Source: an uncultured Clostridia bacterium (GTDB taxonomy: Bacteria > Aerophobota > Aerophobia > Aerophobales > B3-G15). Taken from it: a DNA stretch of 64,000 nucleotides. Below the pieces are notes generated by a model. The model saw only the letters and a list, made by a program, of their open reading frames with translations. It was not told the origin of the DNA and made no database searches. Of this stretch, positions 38,911-48,940 are shown piece by piece. Location of the stretch: NCBI GenBank assembly GCA_964482715.1, contig CAYZYX010000001.1:5398-69397 (forward strand), written 5' to 3'. Position 1 is the first letter of the stretch, and each line of letters opens with the position of its first letter. The position numbers and the translations under genes were made by a program.

Positions 38911-39873
38911 CTCCCTTGTCTTCATTTCCAGTTTGTTTTCCTGGATAAACTTTAAAGCCTCATCTTTGGTAAAAACACCGGTAGTACAACCTATGGCTGT
39001 AACCGCAGATGCTCCCATGGCACTTGCAAATTGCAAAGTTTTCTCCAGATTCCACCCTTGAAGTATTCCAAATATAAAACCGGCATCAAAAGCATCGCCT
39101 CCACCAGAAGGATCAACAATGTCCACTTTATATACCTTGGAACGAATGACTTTATCCTTAGTTCTAATGAGCGCTCCTTCTCGACCCATGGTTATAACTA
39201 CAACCATTTCGGGATTGTATTTTAAGAACACCTCTGCCTGAGACTCAGGGTCTTCTTTGCCGGTTAAAATTCGTGCCTCATCCTGATTGGGCAGAAAATA
39301 GTCTGTGTAAGAAAAGGCCTCCTTGCACTGGTTTATTAAGTCAGGATCTGGCCCGGGAACCACGACATCGAGAAAAGTTGAAATATTTTTTTCTTTGGCC
39401 AGCTTAAACAGCTTGATTAAAGAGGCTTGATTAAGCCGGGGAAGTACAAGGTATCCTCCAACATAGAGGGCTTTTGCCTGGCAGACGTAATTGAGATCAA
39501 TATCATCCAGTCCAAAGTCTGCGTTAGCTCCAAAATTATGTATAAATCTTCTATCTTCATCAGCGGTTAAAAGGATTATAGTCTTAGAAGTGGCCTTCTC
39601 TTTAGAGCGTGACACAGTGGATATATCCACTCCGTTTTCTTTAAGATAGTTAATCACAAAATCCCCAAAGATATCATTGCCAACTTTGCCTATGACCCCT
39701 GCCTTTAGCCCGATCTTACTTAAAGACACAGCTGTATTACTGGCACATCCTCCTGTTGCAAGGTATATTTCTTTAACTGATATTAGCTCACCTGGATCAG
39801 GGAGCTTGGGGAGGATATCAGAAAGTATGTCAGTTACAAGAATTCCTACACAAGCAACATCAATCTTTCCCAT
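38902..39873 (-). CDS. PfkB-family carbohydrate kinase (ribokinase/KDG-kinase-like)
   Basis: N-terminal GxG region, NxxE, C-terminal DPSGGGDAFDAGF anion-hole motif. Confidence 0.85.
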   Translation of the reverse strand: MGKIDVACVGILVTDILSDILPKLPDPGELISVKEIYLATGGCASNTAVSLSKIGLKAGVIGKVGNDIFGDFVINYLKENGVDISTVSRSKEKATSKTIILLTADEDRRFIHNFGANADFGLDDIDLNYVCQAKALYVGGYLVLPRLNQASLIKLFKLAKEKNISTFLDVVVPGPDPDLINQCKEAFSYTDYFLPNQDEARILTGKEDPESQAEVFLKYNPEMVVVITMGREGALIRTKDKVIRSKVYKVDIVDPSGGGDAFDAGFIFGILQGWNLEKTLQFASAMGASAVTAIGCTTGVFTKDEALKFIQENKLEMKTRELS

Positions 39874-40028
39874 AGGTCACCTCTTTAATCTGGATAAAAT
39901 TTTTTCCTAATAGTTTGCCAAAAAATTGCCATTCGTCAAGTAAATTTGGATTTTTGTCAATTAAATTTTAAAAGCACTAAGCTACCTTTGTCGAAAAGCA
40001 AAAGTGCCCCAATTTCAGCATAGAAAAG

Positions 40029-40057
40029 TTGACTTATAACTCGCAATGGAATAGAAT
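40029..40057 (+). promoter_or_regulatory. Sigma70-like promoter TTGACT-17-TAGAAT upstream of the first DUF4139 paralog
   Basis: TTGACT 40029-40034, 17 nt spacer, TAGAAT 40052-40057. GAGGAGG RBS 6 nt before the GTG start at 40075. Confidence 0.45.
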
Positions 40058-40074
40058 AAAGCTGAGGAGGAAAA

Positions 40075-41310
40075 GTGCACAAGTGGATGACAATGTTTCT
40101 TTGTGGGGGACTTATTTGGATACATGCAAGCTCTCTTCCAGGATTTACTTCTATCAATGTATCTACTCTTCCTGAGCCCTATTCTACTGTTCTCACCATT
40201 TACGAGAGGGGAGATTTTACTTTAGTTCAAGAACGCTACTTGATTAATTTAAAAGAAGGGGTAAATACCTTGCAGTTTGATTGGTCTGGGACCCTGATTG
40301 ATCTCTCCTCAGTTGAACTAAAATTCCTCCTGCATCCTGACAGAGTTAATCTTGAGGAAATAATTTTACCTGTCCGTGGAGAAAAACTTTTACTCTGGAA
40401 AATCCAGGCAGAAGAACCTGTAAGAGAATTAATTGAAGTTTCCTATTTTACCCGGGGAATTTCCTGGCAGGCAGATTATGATCTCGCGATTAATGAGCAA
40501 AGAAGCCGGGTTTTAAAATTTCAGGGCTGGGTCAGGATAAAAAATCAAAGCGGTAGGGACTTCTTAAAATCCAGGATTATGCTTATCACCGGTGAACCGC
40601 ATTTACTGGGACGGAAAAAGGAAAAACCCCTGAAAGCGGCACTTAGAATGAGAACAAAGATAGAAGCCGAGGCTTTGCCCCCTCCTATCAGCAAAGAGGC
40701 TGTGTCTGAGTATTACCTCTATCAAATTGAAGGTGAAAATGATCTTAGAACCGGTCAGGAGTCCACCTTTTCACTATTTAGAGTAGAGAATATCCTGCTT
40801 CTGGTGACATATCGATTCAATAGCTCGCAAAACGGTTTATTTCCTGTAATCTTGTGTAAATTTAAAAATACGCAAAAGTTCTCTTTACCACCGGGTGTTG
40901 TGCGAGGATGGTTATGTATCAATGGGAAAAAAGAAGAATATCTGGGTGAAGCCAGTATAGATTTTATACCTCCTGATGAAGATATCAAATTGAGTTTGGG
41001 AAAAGAAAGCAGATTAAAGCTGACCAGAAAAAAGACCTCCTTTACCCGTGAGGACCCACAGTTTAGCAAGAGAAACGATTTAGTTCAGTATTTCGAAAGA
41101 GAAGAGTATACTCTAAAAATTACAAATTTCTCGAATCAGGAAGTCAAAATTGAAATTAGAGAACAGATACCTGGAGAATGGGAATTTATCACCTCAACGG
41201 TTCCTTTGCATCGGAGGGAAGCAAATGCTCTTGAGTTCAGGTTAACTCTACCTGAAAGAGGCGAGGGAGAAGTTATTTACCAGATAAGAAAAATAGTAAG
41301 GCTGAGGTAA
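40075..41310 (+). CDS. Secreted DUF4139/DUF4140-like (MuiA-like) family protein
   Basis: Signal peptide. Internal ISWQADYDL segment and C-terminal ...IPGEWEFI...LEFRLTLPERGEGEVIYQI resemble the DUF4139 C-terminal pattern. Paralogous to the next ORF. Confidence 0.5.
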   Translation: MHKWMTMFLCGGLIWIHASSLPGFTSINVSTLPEPYSTVLTIYERGDFTLVQERYLINLKEGVNTLQFDWSGTLIDLSSVELKFLLHPDRVNLEEIILPVRGEKLLLWKIQAEEPVRELIEVSYFTRGISWQADYDLAINEQRSRVLKFQGWVRIKNQSGRDFLKSRIMLITGEPHLLGRKKEKPLKAALRMRTKIEAEALPPPISKEAVSEYYLYQIEGENDLRTGQESTFSLFRVENILLLVTYRFNSSQNGLFPVILCKFKNTQKFSLPPGVVRGWLCINGKKEEYLGEASIDFIPPDEDIKLSLGKESRLKLTRKKTSFTREDPQFSKRNDLVQYFEREEYTLKITNFSNQEVKIEIREQIPGEWEFITSTVPLHRREANALEFRLTLPERGEGEVIYQIRKIVRLR

Positions 41311-41314
41311 TAAA

Positions 41315-42439
41315 GTGAAGCCATGTTTTAAATTTTCTGGATTAACCTTCTGGTTTATTCTTTTGCTGAATTTTGTTTTTCCTAATTTTGGTTACGGTGG
41401 GGTTAGCCTTTTAACTTCGCCCGAACAGATAAATATAAAGTTACTGGAAAATCAGAAAGCTCTAATAACCGAAACAAGATATTTAGATCTAAAAGAAGGA
41501 ATAAATGAGGTCTATTTGAAGTACCCTGGAATGAGAGTTATTCCTGATTGTTTTTCTATAAATTTTGTTGAAACTCCGGAAAAAATAAGATTTATCCGCA
41601 GTTCAGTTTCTCTTAAAGACCCTTTCAGTTGTAGCTGGATATTCTATTCTCAGGTAGAGGGAAAGAGACTCACAGAGATTTCTTACCTGGTGGAAGGTTT
41701 GGTTAGAAGCTATTCTTACATCGGTGAAATAGATAAAGAGGGAGATTTAATTTTATTAAGAGGCTCTCTTTTACTCGATAACCAAACAGGAGCTAATTTT
41801 CGAGGAGTTACCCTGATTGGAGAAAAACAGGGCAGGTGGAACATTGATCTTGATTCGGGACAAAAAAAGAAGTTACCACTCTTTGACGGTCTTTCTTTTT
41901 CTTTGCAAAAGGCCTACCTTGTAGATAGGGAAAATTACGGTAACCGGGTTATTTTTAAATACAGATTTATTAATGAAAGTCAGAATATCCTGTCACCCGG
42001 GAAAATCAGGGTTTATCAGAGAGAACCAGAGAGATTGACTTTTTTGGGTGAAGATGAAATCGGGATCGTAAACCCCGGAGAAAGAATAGAAATAGTAGTT
42101 GGAACTGTCCGGGATATAAGGGTGGAGAGGAAAATGGTTGAATTTTCACGCATTAATTTGAGAAGGGACGATACCGGACATCTGGAGGTTTACGATACCC
42201 GGGAAAAATATGAAATATATTTAAAAAACAGAAAAAAAGAAAAGGTAAGGATAGTAGTTCGGGAATACATTCCTGATAGCTGGGAAATGATAAATTCTGA
42301 ACCAGCCGGATACGTAAAAGAAGACGCTCATCATATAAGATTTGAAATCGATCTTGAACCAGGGGAAGAGAAGAAAATTAGCTATCAGATCTACCGTAGA
42401 AATCTACTCCCTGGAGAACCGGTGAAGCCCCTTTTGTAA
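41315..42439 (+). CDS. Secreted DUF4139/DUF4140-like family protein (tandem paralog)
   Basis: Signal peptide; shared segments with 40075..41310 (YLDLKEGINEVYL, EISYLVEG, IPDSWEMI...IRFEIDLEPGEEKKISYQI). Confidence 0.5.
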   Translation: MKPCFKFSGLTFWFILLLNFVFPNFGYGGVSLLTSPEQINIKLLENQKALITETRYLDLKEGINEVYLKYPGMRVIPDCFSINFVETPEKIRFIRSSVSLKDPFSCSWIFYSQVEGKRLTEISYLVEGLVRSYSYIGEIDKEGDLILLRGSLLLDNQTGANFRGVTLIGEKQGRWNIDLDSGQKKKLPLFDGLSFSLQKAYLVDRENYGNRVIFKYRFINESQNILSPGKIRVYQREPERLTFLGEDEIGIVNPGERIEIVVGTVRDIRVERKMVEFSRINLRRDDTGHLEVYDTREKYEIYLKNRKKEKVRIVVREYIPDSWEMINSEPAGYVKEDAHHIRFEIDLEPGEEKKISYQIYRRNLLPGEPVKPLL

Positions 42440-42460
42440 CCTCTTAGCCTTAAATTAACG

Positions 42461-43111
42461 ATGAGAGAAATTTATCTGGCCTATCTTGATATAGTAAGGG
42501 ATTTTCGCAGATATTTGGAACAGAAAATGGAAAAATCTCCCTCTTTGTCACTTGAAAAGCTTTACCATAAAACCAAAAATTGTCAGGCGTGTCCGCTCTG
42601 GCGCTCGAGGACAAATCTTGTTTTTGGAAGAGGGAATCCACAGGCTCCTTTAATGTTTATAGGGGAAGCTCCGGGTAAGGAAGAAGACTTACAGGGAAAG
42701 CCTTTTGTAGGAGCTGCCGGGAAGCTTCTCGAAGAATGTCTGGAAAAGGTAAATATTCCGCAAGATAAGATGTACATTGCTAATATCCTCAAGTGTAGAC
42801 CTCCAGGAAACAGAGATCCAAAACCCGAGGAAATCAGTGCCTGTTTCCCTTATCTGAAACAGCAGATTGAGATTATAAAACCTCGTATCATCTGCACTCT
42901 TGGGAAGTTCTCCACCCAGACCCTTTTAAATACCAGCCAGGGGATAACCCGTTTACATGGGAAAACCTTTAAAGTGGAACAGGGAATCTTAATTCCCACA
43001 TACCATCCAGCAGCCTGTATCTATAAACCATTCTGGAAGGAGGAATTTTTAAAAGACCTGGAAAAGGTGAGAGAGGAACTTGAAAAATTAACCTCTATTA
43101 CCTCAGGCTAA
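42461..43111 (+). CDS. Uracil-DNA glycosylase family 4 (4Fe-4S UDG)
   Basis: CQACPLW, GEAPGKEEDLQGKPFVGAAGKLL motif, HPA; typical UdgA. Confidence 0.85.
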   Translation: MREIYLAYLDIVRDFRRYLEQKMEKSPSLSLEKLYHKTKNCQACPLWRSRTNLVFGRGNPQAPLMFIGEAPGKEEDLQGKPFVGAAGKLLEECLEKVNIPQDKMYIANILKCRPPGNRDPKPEEISACFPYLKQQIEIIKPRIICTLGKFSTQTLLNTSQGITRLHGKTFKVEQGILIPTYHPAACIYKPFWKEEFLKDLEKVREELEKLTSITSG

Positions 43112-43113
43112 AT

Positions 43114-44073
43114 CTATTGCTCACTCTCCTGCATGAGTTTTGATACCTCTTCCAGAGTGGGTGCTCCCTCCATGGGTCCTTTTTTAGTGACACTTAAGGC
43201 TCCCACAGCATTGGCAAATTTTGCCACCCGGGATAGTTCCCATCCTTTTAGAAGGCCTACCAGAAACCCGGCGTCAAAGCAATCTCCTGCTCCTGTCGGA
43301 TCTACTTCTTTCACCTCAAAAGAGGGCGCCTCTATCCTACCATCAAGAGTAAAAACAGTGGAGCCTTTTTTCCCCTGTTTTAGGGCCACAATACGGGGAC
43401 CGTATTTTAAAAGTTCTTCACAGGCAGAGAAAACATCCTTTATCCCGGTCAGCATAACAGCTTCCTCTCCACTTGGCATTATCACTTCACTTACCGCAAG
43501 AACAGGCTGGCAAATTTTCCTTATCTCTTCAATACTTAAAAGCTCTGGTCTGAGATTAGGGTCAAAACTTATCTTTCCACCCAGGTCTCTTGCCATTTCT
43601 ATTGCTTGTTCGCAGACTTTTTGACACTCTTTATTTATGGAAAGACTTGAACCCATTATGTGCAGGTATTTAACATCTGAGAAGTAATCCCGGTTAAATT
43701 GGTCAAGGTTTATTTTTCCTGAAGCGGCCCGGGGAAGATGATAGATGAATTTACGAGACCCATCAGCGAAGTAAGCAACAAAAGCAACTCCTGTAGTGAA
43801 CCCCTTAAGCATCCTGACACAACCTGTATCCACCCCATCTTTTTCCAGTCTATCAAGAATTAACCTGCCAAAATCATCATGACCCACTGTTCCAATAATA
43901 CCACTTTTTTCTCCGAGTCTTGCCACGGCATCGGCAAAAATAGCTGGTGCCCCACTGGGAAAAGGACCCACAAAAGTTCCGGGCCTATTAAGAGGTTCGT
44001 CTATTTTCTCTCTCATAATTTCTACCAGAAGCTCCCCAATTGTGACTATATTTGGGCTCATTTTACCCTCCAA
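43114..44073 (-). CDS. PfkB-family carbohydrate kinase
   Basis: DPTGAGDCFDAGFLVG motif; ribokinase-like fold. Confidence 0.85.
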   Translation of the reverse strand: MEGKMSPNIVTIGELLVEIMREKIDEPLNRPGTFVGPFPSGAPAIFADAVARLGEKSGIIGTVGHDDFGRLILDRLEKDGVDTGCVRMLKGFTTGVAFVAYFADGSRKFIYHLPRAASGKINLDQFNRDYFSDVKYLHIMGSSLSINKECQKVCEQAIEMARDLGGKISFDPNLRPELLSIEEIRKICQPVLAVSEVIMPSGEEAVMLTGIKDVFSACEELLKYGPRIVALKQGKKGSTVFTLDGRIEAPSFEVKEVDPTGAGDCFDAGFLVGLLKGWELSRVAKFANAVGALSVTKKGPMEGAPTLEEVSKLMQESEQ

Positions 44074-44215
44074 TAAGAAAAATTCAATAAGAAGAAAATG
44101 TCTTTAATACTTTATAATCTTTTCAGGATTGGTCAAGAAGACCAGGAAAATTATCACTGTTATTAACTTTTGATAGAAATTCTGTTATAATATTGGAAAA
44201 ATGATTGTGTGAGGA

Positions 44216-45439
44216 ATGAGTAAAATGAATATTGCCACAACTTCCAGAGAGAAGATGCTTGCGGTACTGGAAAATAAACAGATAGATTACATCCCTTGCT
44301 CTTTTATGATTTTTAGTGCCCTCGAAGAAAAATGTAAGGATCAGTTTGAGTTTGTAGAAAAACAGTTAAAATTGGGTCTGGATGCGAAAGTTGAGCTACC
44401 CGAGCTCCCCTTTCGTTTCCATTCAGAGGTGAAGGTAAAAGAGTGGAAAGAAAAAACAGAAAGTGGAGACCTTCTCCATAAAGAATATCAAACACCCGCT
44501 GGAAAGCTTACCTGTGTGGTAAGAAAAACAGAAGACTGGCCTTATGGTGACCGTGTTCCTCTGTTTAATGATTATCTTACACCTCGTTGCAAGAAGTTTC
44601 TCGTAGAAGGAAAAAGCGATCTCGAGCCACTGCGATATCTTTTTAATCCCCCAACAAAAGAAGATATTTCGCTCTTTCGTCAACAGGCAAAAGTTCTTAA
44701 AGATTTTGCCAGTCAAAAAGGTCTCCTGGTTTCAGGTGGATGGAGATTTTCTTTTGCCTCAGAAAAGGGAATAGATAGAGACGGTGGTACTATGGGAGCG
44801 GATGCCCTTTTCTGGCTTTGTGGAGTGGAAAATGCAATTTTGCTTGCCATGGAAGAGCCAGAAACTATAATGGAGCTTCTTCAGATAATTTCTGAGTGGA
44901 ACATGAAAAGAATGCAGGTTTACCTTGAAGAAGGAGTAGATCTTCTCATCAGGCGTGCCTGGTATGAAAGCACGGATCTCTGGTCTCCTTTTCTTTTTCG
45001 CAAATTTTTCTTTCCTGTTCTTAAAGAAGAAATAAAACTCGTGCATCAAGCAGGGGCAAAATTTGGCTATATAATGACAAGTGGAGTGATGCCCTTATTA
45101 GATGATTTTCTAAAGTTAGGTATTGATGTGCTCATTGGAATTGATCCTCTGGAGGGGAAAGGAACGGATCTTAGAATTATTAAGGATAAATTGGATGGGA
45201 AGGTCTGTCTCTGGGGAGGAGTAAATGGATTTTTAACTGTTGAAAGAGGCGAGGAAAAAGAAGTAAAAGAGGCAGTTGAGGAAGCTATTTCTATTCTTGG
45301 ACCTCGAGGTTTTATTCTTTCTCCGGTGGACAGTGTCACCGATAATTCCTCCAGGACATGGAATAATGTAAAGGTAATGATTGAAACCTGGCAAAGGAAG
45401 GTAAAAGAATTAGCAAGAACCTCCAGGAAAGAACTATAG
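44216..45439 (+). CDS. Uroporphyrinogen decarboxylase-like (URO-D/MtaA fold) family protein
   Basis: URO-D family C-terminal pattern (SPFLFRKFFFPVLKEE...GYIMTSG...DVLIGIDPLEG...LWGGVNG...GFILSPVDS); paralog of 19041 and 23679. Confidence 0.65.
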   Translation: MSKMNIATTSREKMLAVLENKQIDYIPCSFMIFSALEEKCKDQFEFVEKQLKLGLDAKVELPELPFRFHSEVKVKEWKEKTESGDLLHKEYQTPAGKLTCVVRKTEDWPYGDRVPLFNDYLTPRCKKFLVEGKSDLEPLRYLFNPPTKEDISLFRQQAKVLKDFASQKGLLVSGGWRFSFASEKGIDRDGGTMGADALFWLCGVENAILLAMEEPETIMELLQIISEWNMKRMQVYLEEGVDLLIRRAWYESTDLWSPFLFRKFFFPVLKEEIKLVHQAGAKFGYIMTSGVMPLLDDFLKLGIDVLIGIDPLEGKGTDLRIIKDKLDGKVCLWGGVNGFLTVERGEEKEVKEAVEEAISILGPRGFILSPVDSVTDNSSRTWNNVKVMIETWQRKVKELARTSRKEL

Positions 45440-45490
45440 AAATCTTTTTCCACGAAAAACCGCATTCTTTTTCAAAATCGTAAGGTAAAA

Positions 45491-46669
45491 ATGAACAAAA
45501 GAATTCTCACCTTTCTCTGTTTTATGGTTTTTGTTCTGGTGGCTTTTAATTACATGTCTCTTCCACGGACTATTTACGATATTGGTCTTCACTATGGTTG
45601 GAGTGGAAGTCAGAAGGGAGATCTTCTTTCAGCAGGAAGTATAGGATTTATTTTTGCAGCACTTGTTAGTGGCTACCTTTCGGAGCTTTTTGGTAAAAAA
45701 CAGGTTCTGGTTTTTGGTCTTCTCTTTTCACTGGTGGGAAATATTGCTTTTGGCTATCTTCCCGAGATCGGACTGAGTGAACATTTTTCTTTTTATTTTT
45801 TTCTTCTCTTTAATTTTTTGATCGGTGCAGGTGGAGGAATTATTGAGGGCTTAACCAATGCTCTTCTCATGCATCTCCATCCAGAAAAAAGCTCTTTTTA
45901 TCTAAATCTGGCTCACGCTTTCTTTGCCTTAGGAGCAATAATCTCTCCTCTTATGGCAGGGTGGCTCATTTTGATTTCAGGCTGGCAGATGATTTTTTAT
46001 CTCAATGCTGCAATATCCTTTTTTCTTCTAATAGGACTATTTTTTCAGAGTTGTCCTCCTTTTCGCAGTGACGAGAAAATGGAATTTAAAACGCTTTTAG
46101 CTCTTGCCAAAAACAGGGTATTTCTGCTGTTAAATTTATCCATTGTTTTCTATGTAGCTACAGAAACAGGTCTTGTAGCCTGGATGGTCGAATATGTCAG
46201 GACTCATCCTGGTTTTAAATTGTCACAGTTTCAATCAGGTGTTTTTCTCACCTATTTCTGGATAGCGATGCTTATTGGAAGATCTATTTATGGATGGTGG
46301 GTAGAAAAGACCTCATCCAGATTTGCCCTTGCTGTATCCTCTGTGGGAGGAATGATCAGTATAAGTTTATTTTTGTTTGCAAAAAGTCCCCAGTTGGCCA
46401 GTGTCCTCATTTTTGTCTGTGGAGGATTTCTCTCGGGGATGTTTGCCACTATTTTTTCTGTAGGAGGGGAAAGGTTTCCTCATTATTTAGGAGTTATAAG
46501 TGGCAGTATGGCAGCATCTGTTGGTATTGGAGGAATAATTTCTCCCAACGTTATTGGCAGACTCTCTGACATTCCAGGAGCGGGAATTACCGCCGGTCTT
46601 GCCACCTGTGTTGTATATCTTTTAGGAGTGTTCGTTGTGGTCATGACCGTTTTCAAGAGCTCTCGGTGA
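45491..46669 (+). CDS. MFS transporter
   Basis: 12 predicted TM segments in two 6-TM halves; GR-containing loop motifs. Confidence 0.8.
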   Translation: MNKRILTFLCFMVFVLVAFNYMSLPRTIYDIGLHYGWSGSQKGDLLSAGSIGFIFAALVSGYLSELFGKKQVLVFGLLFSLVGNIAFGYLPEIGLSEHFSFYFFLLFNFLIGAGGGIIEGLTNALLMHLHPEKSSFYLNLAHAFFALGAIISPLMAGWLILISGWQMIFYLNAAISFFLLIGLFFQSCPPFRSDEKMEFKTLLALAKNRVFLLLNLSIVFYVATETGLVAWMVEYVRTHPGFKLSQFQSGVFLTYFWIAMLIGRSIYGWWVEKTSSRFALAVSSVGGMISISLFLFAKSPQLASVLIFVCGGFLSGMFATIFSVGGERFPHYLGVISGSMAASVGIGGIISPNVIGRLSDIPGAGITAGLATCVVYLLGVFVVVMTVFKSSR

Positions 46670-46711
46670 GAATTAATTACAGGTAAATCTGGACTGAGGT
46701 GCAGAATAATT

Positions 46712-48940
46712 CTAAGCGAAATATTTGGAAAAGGCGGTTTCCCAGATGTTGAAACATCTGTCCAGATTCTGGGAGATGATCTTCTTACCTTTTACCCTGA
46801 TAATGAACTTTTGCCCCTTAACCTCCCCCAGAACCCTAAAGCTGACCTTTTCTTTTTCTGTTATTTTTGCCAGCCAGGATAATTTTTCCCGGGGGCAGGA
46901 TACCAGGATGCAGGATTGAGTTTCTCCAAAAAGTAAGAGATCTTCTCTTTTCTCATCGTCTATGTTTATTATCACACCTTTTGGTTCTTCTTTATTTAAT
47001 ACACAGCACTCAAAAAGAGAAATGGCCAGTCCTCCCTCAGATAAGTCGTGAGCGGAGTTGATTACCCCTTCCCTTATTAACCTGAGACATACTTCCTGCA
47101 CAGCTTTTTCTTTAGCAAGATCCACTGCGGGGGGTTTTCCTTTCTTCAGATGGTGTATCCAGTAAAGATATTCACTTCCACCGAACTTTTGATCTGGCTC
47201 CCCCAGTAAAATAATCAGGTCACCGTCGGTTTTAAACCAGGGAGTGCAAAGATAATCCGTGTTTTCAATCAATCCCAGCATACCCACCACAGGAGTTGGG
47301 TTCACCGCACCTTCTGGATTTTCATTGTAAAAACTAACATTTCCACCGGTTACCGGGGTTTCAAGAAATCTGCAGGCCTCGGTCATTCCCTCCACACATC
47401 TGACAAATTGCCAGAAAATCTCTGGATTGGTAGGGGTCCCAAAATTAAGACAATTAGTGATAGCAAGAGGTTTTGCTCCCACGCAGACCACATTTCGTGC
47501 AGCTTCAGCCACAGCAGTTTTTCCTCCCTCGTAGGGGTCAAGGTAGCAGTAACGCCCATTTCCATCACAACTTAGTGCCAGAGCTTTTTTTGTTCCCTTT
47601 ATCCTGATGACAGCACTATCTGAGCCAGGGAGAAGAATGGTATTTATTCTTACCATATGGTCATATTGTTGCCATATCCAGGCTTTACTCGCTATATTTG
47701 GAGAGCTTAAAAGTTCTAAGAAGGTATCATTCAAATCCCCGGGAAGGGGCAAAGAGGATGAATCAAAACCGGTAACTTCTCTGATATATCCCGGCTCTTT
47801 TTTTTCTCGTTTGTAAACAGGCGCTTCGTGGGTCAAAGCTTTAACAGGAATCTCTGCCACAATTTTTTCTTTATCTTTAACTCTGAAAATGCCGTCTCCA
47901 GTAACCTTTCCTATAGGAACAGCATGCAAATCCCATTTTTCAAATATTTTCCTTGCTTTTTCTTCCTCCCCTTTTTTTATTATAATAAGCATCCTCTCCT
48001 GAGATTCTGAAAGCATTACCTCATAGGGACTCATTCCTTCCTCTCTTCTTGGGACACGAGATATATCTATTTCTACTCCAGAACCCCCTCGAGATGCGGT
48101 CTCTGCAGTGGAAGAGGTCAAACCCGCTGCTCCCATATCCTGCATTCCTACCACTATTTTGCTTTTCACAAGTTCCAGGGTTGCCTCAAGCAGGAGTTTT
48201 TCCATGAAAGGGTCCCCTATTTGTACAGCAGGCCTATCTTCGTGAGATCTGTCAGTAAGCTCCCTGGATGCGAAACTTGCGCCTCCCAGGCCATCTCTTC
48301 CGGTCGAAGCACCCACATAAAAAATGGTATTTCCCTCACCTTGTGCCCGAGCTTTAACAATTTCCTCCTTTTTGACAATACCAACACATAAGACATTAAC
48401 CAGTGGATTTCCCCGGTAAGATTCATCAAAAAAGGTTTCTCCACCCATGGTAGGAATGCCAATACAATTACCATAGAAAGCTATTCCCCCAACCACTCCT
48501 CTCAAAAGATAACAGGACCTGGGGTTACTCAGGGAACCAAAACGAAGAGAATCAAGGAGGGCAACAGGACGGGCCCCCATGGTAAAAATATCCCGTATTA
48601 TTCCTCCCACTCCTGTAGCTGCACCCTGAAAGGGCTCCACAGCAGATGGATGATTGTGGGATTCCATTTTAAAAACTACGGCAAGATCTTCTCCTATATC
48701 AACCACTCCCGCATTTTCCTCTCCTGCTTTCACTAAAATTTTGGGGCCTGAAGTGGGGAATTTTTTGAGGATGGGTTTTGAACTTTTATAACTGCAATGT
48801 TCGCTCCACATGACAGAGAAAATACCCAGTTCAGTAAGATTGGGCTGTCTGCCAAGTATTTTTTTTATTCTCTGGTATTCTTCTTCTGTTAATCCATGAG
48901 CTTTTATCAGTTCTAAATCTCTTTTTTTTGGCTCTTTCAT
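46712..48940 (-). CDS. purL: Phosphoribosylformylglycinamidine synthase subunit PurL
   Basis: 742 aa, AIR-synthase-related duplicated domains, N-terminal ...[18 protein letters not shown]. Confidence 0.95.
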   Translation of the reverse strand: MKEPKKRDLELIKAHGLTEEEYQRIKKILGRQPNLTELGIFSVMWSEHCSYKSSKPILKKFPTSGPKILVKAGEENAGVVDIGEDLAVVFKMESHNHPSAVEPFQGAATGVGGIIRDIFTMGARPVALLDSLRFGSLSNPRSCYLLRGVVGGIAFYGNCIGIPTMGGETFFDESYRGNPLVNVLCVGIVKKEEIVKARAQGEGNTIFYVGASTGRDGLGGASFASRELTDRSHEDRPAVQIGDPFMEKLLLEATLELVKSKIVVGMQDMGAAGLTSSTAETASRGGSGVEIDISRVPRREEGMSPYEVMLSESQERMLIIIKKGEEEKARKIFEKWDLHAVPIGKVTGDGIFRVKDKEKIVAEIPVKALTHEAPVYKREKKEPGYIREVTGFDSSSLPLPGDLNDTFLELLSSPNIASKAWIWQQYDHMVRINTILLPGSDSAVIRIKGTKKALALSCDGNGRYCYLDPYEGGKTAVAEAARNVVCVGAKPLAITNCLNFGTPTNPEIFWQFVRCVEGMTEACRFLETPVTGGNVSFYNENPEGAVNPTPVVGMLGLIENTDYLCTPWFKTDGDLIILLGEPDQKFGGSEYLYWIHHLKKGKPPAVDLAKEKAVQEVCLRLIREGVINSAHDLSEGGLAISLFECCVLNKEEPKGVIINIDDEKREDLLLFGETQSCILVSCPREKLSWLAKITEKEKVSFRVLGEVKGQKFIIRVKGKKIISQNLDRCFNIWETAFSKYFA

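Noticed and set aside
43133-43624. 163-aa plus-strand ORF inside the PfkB kinase gene
   Set aside because: Antisense shadow ORF. The minus-strand PfkB reading frame carries the conserved DPTGAGD motif.
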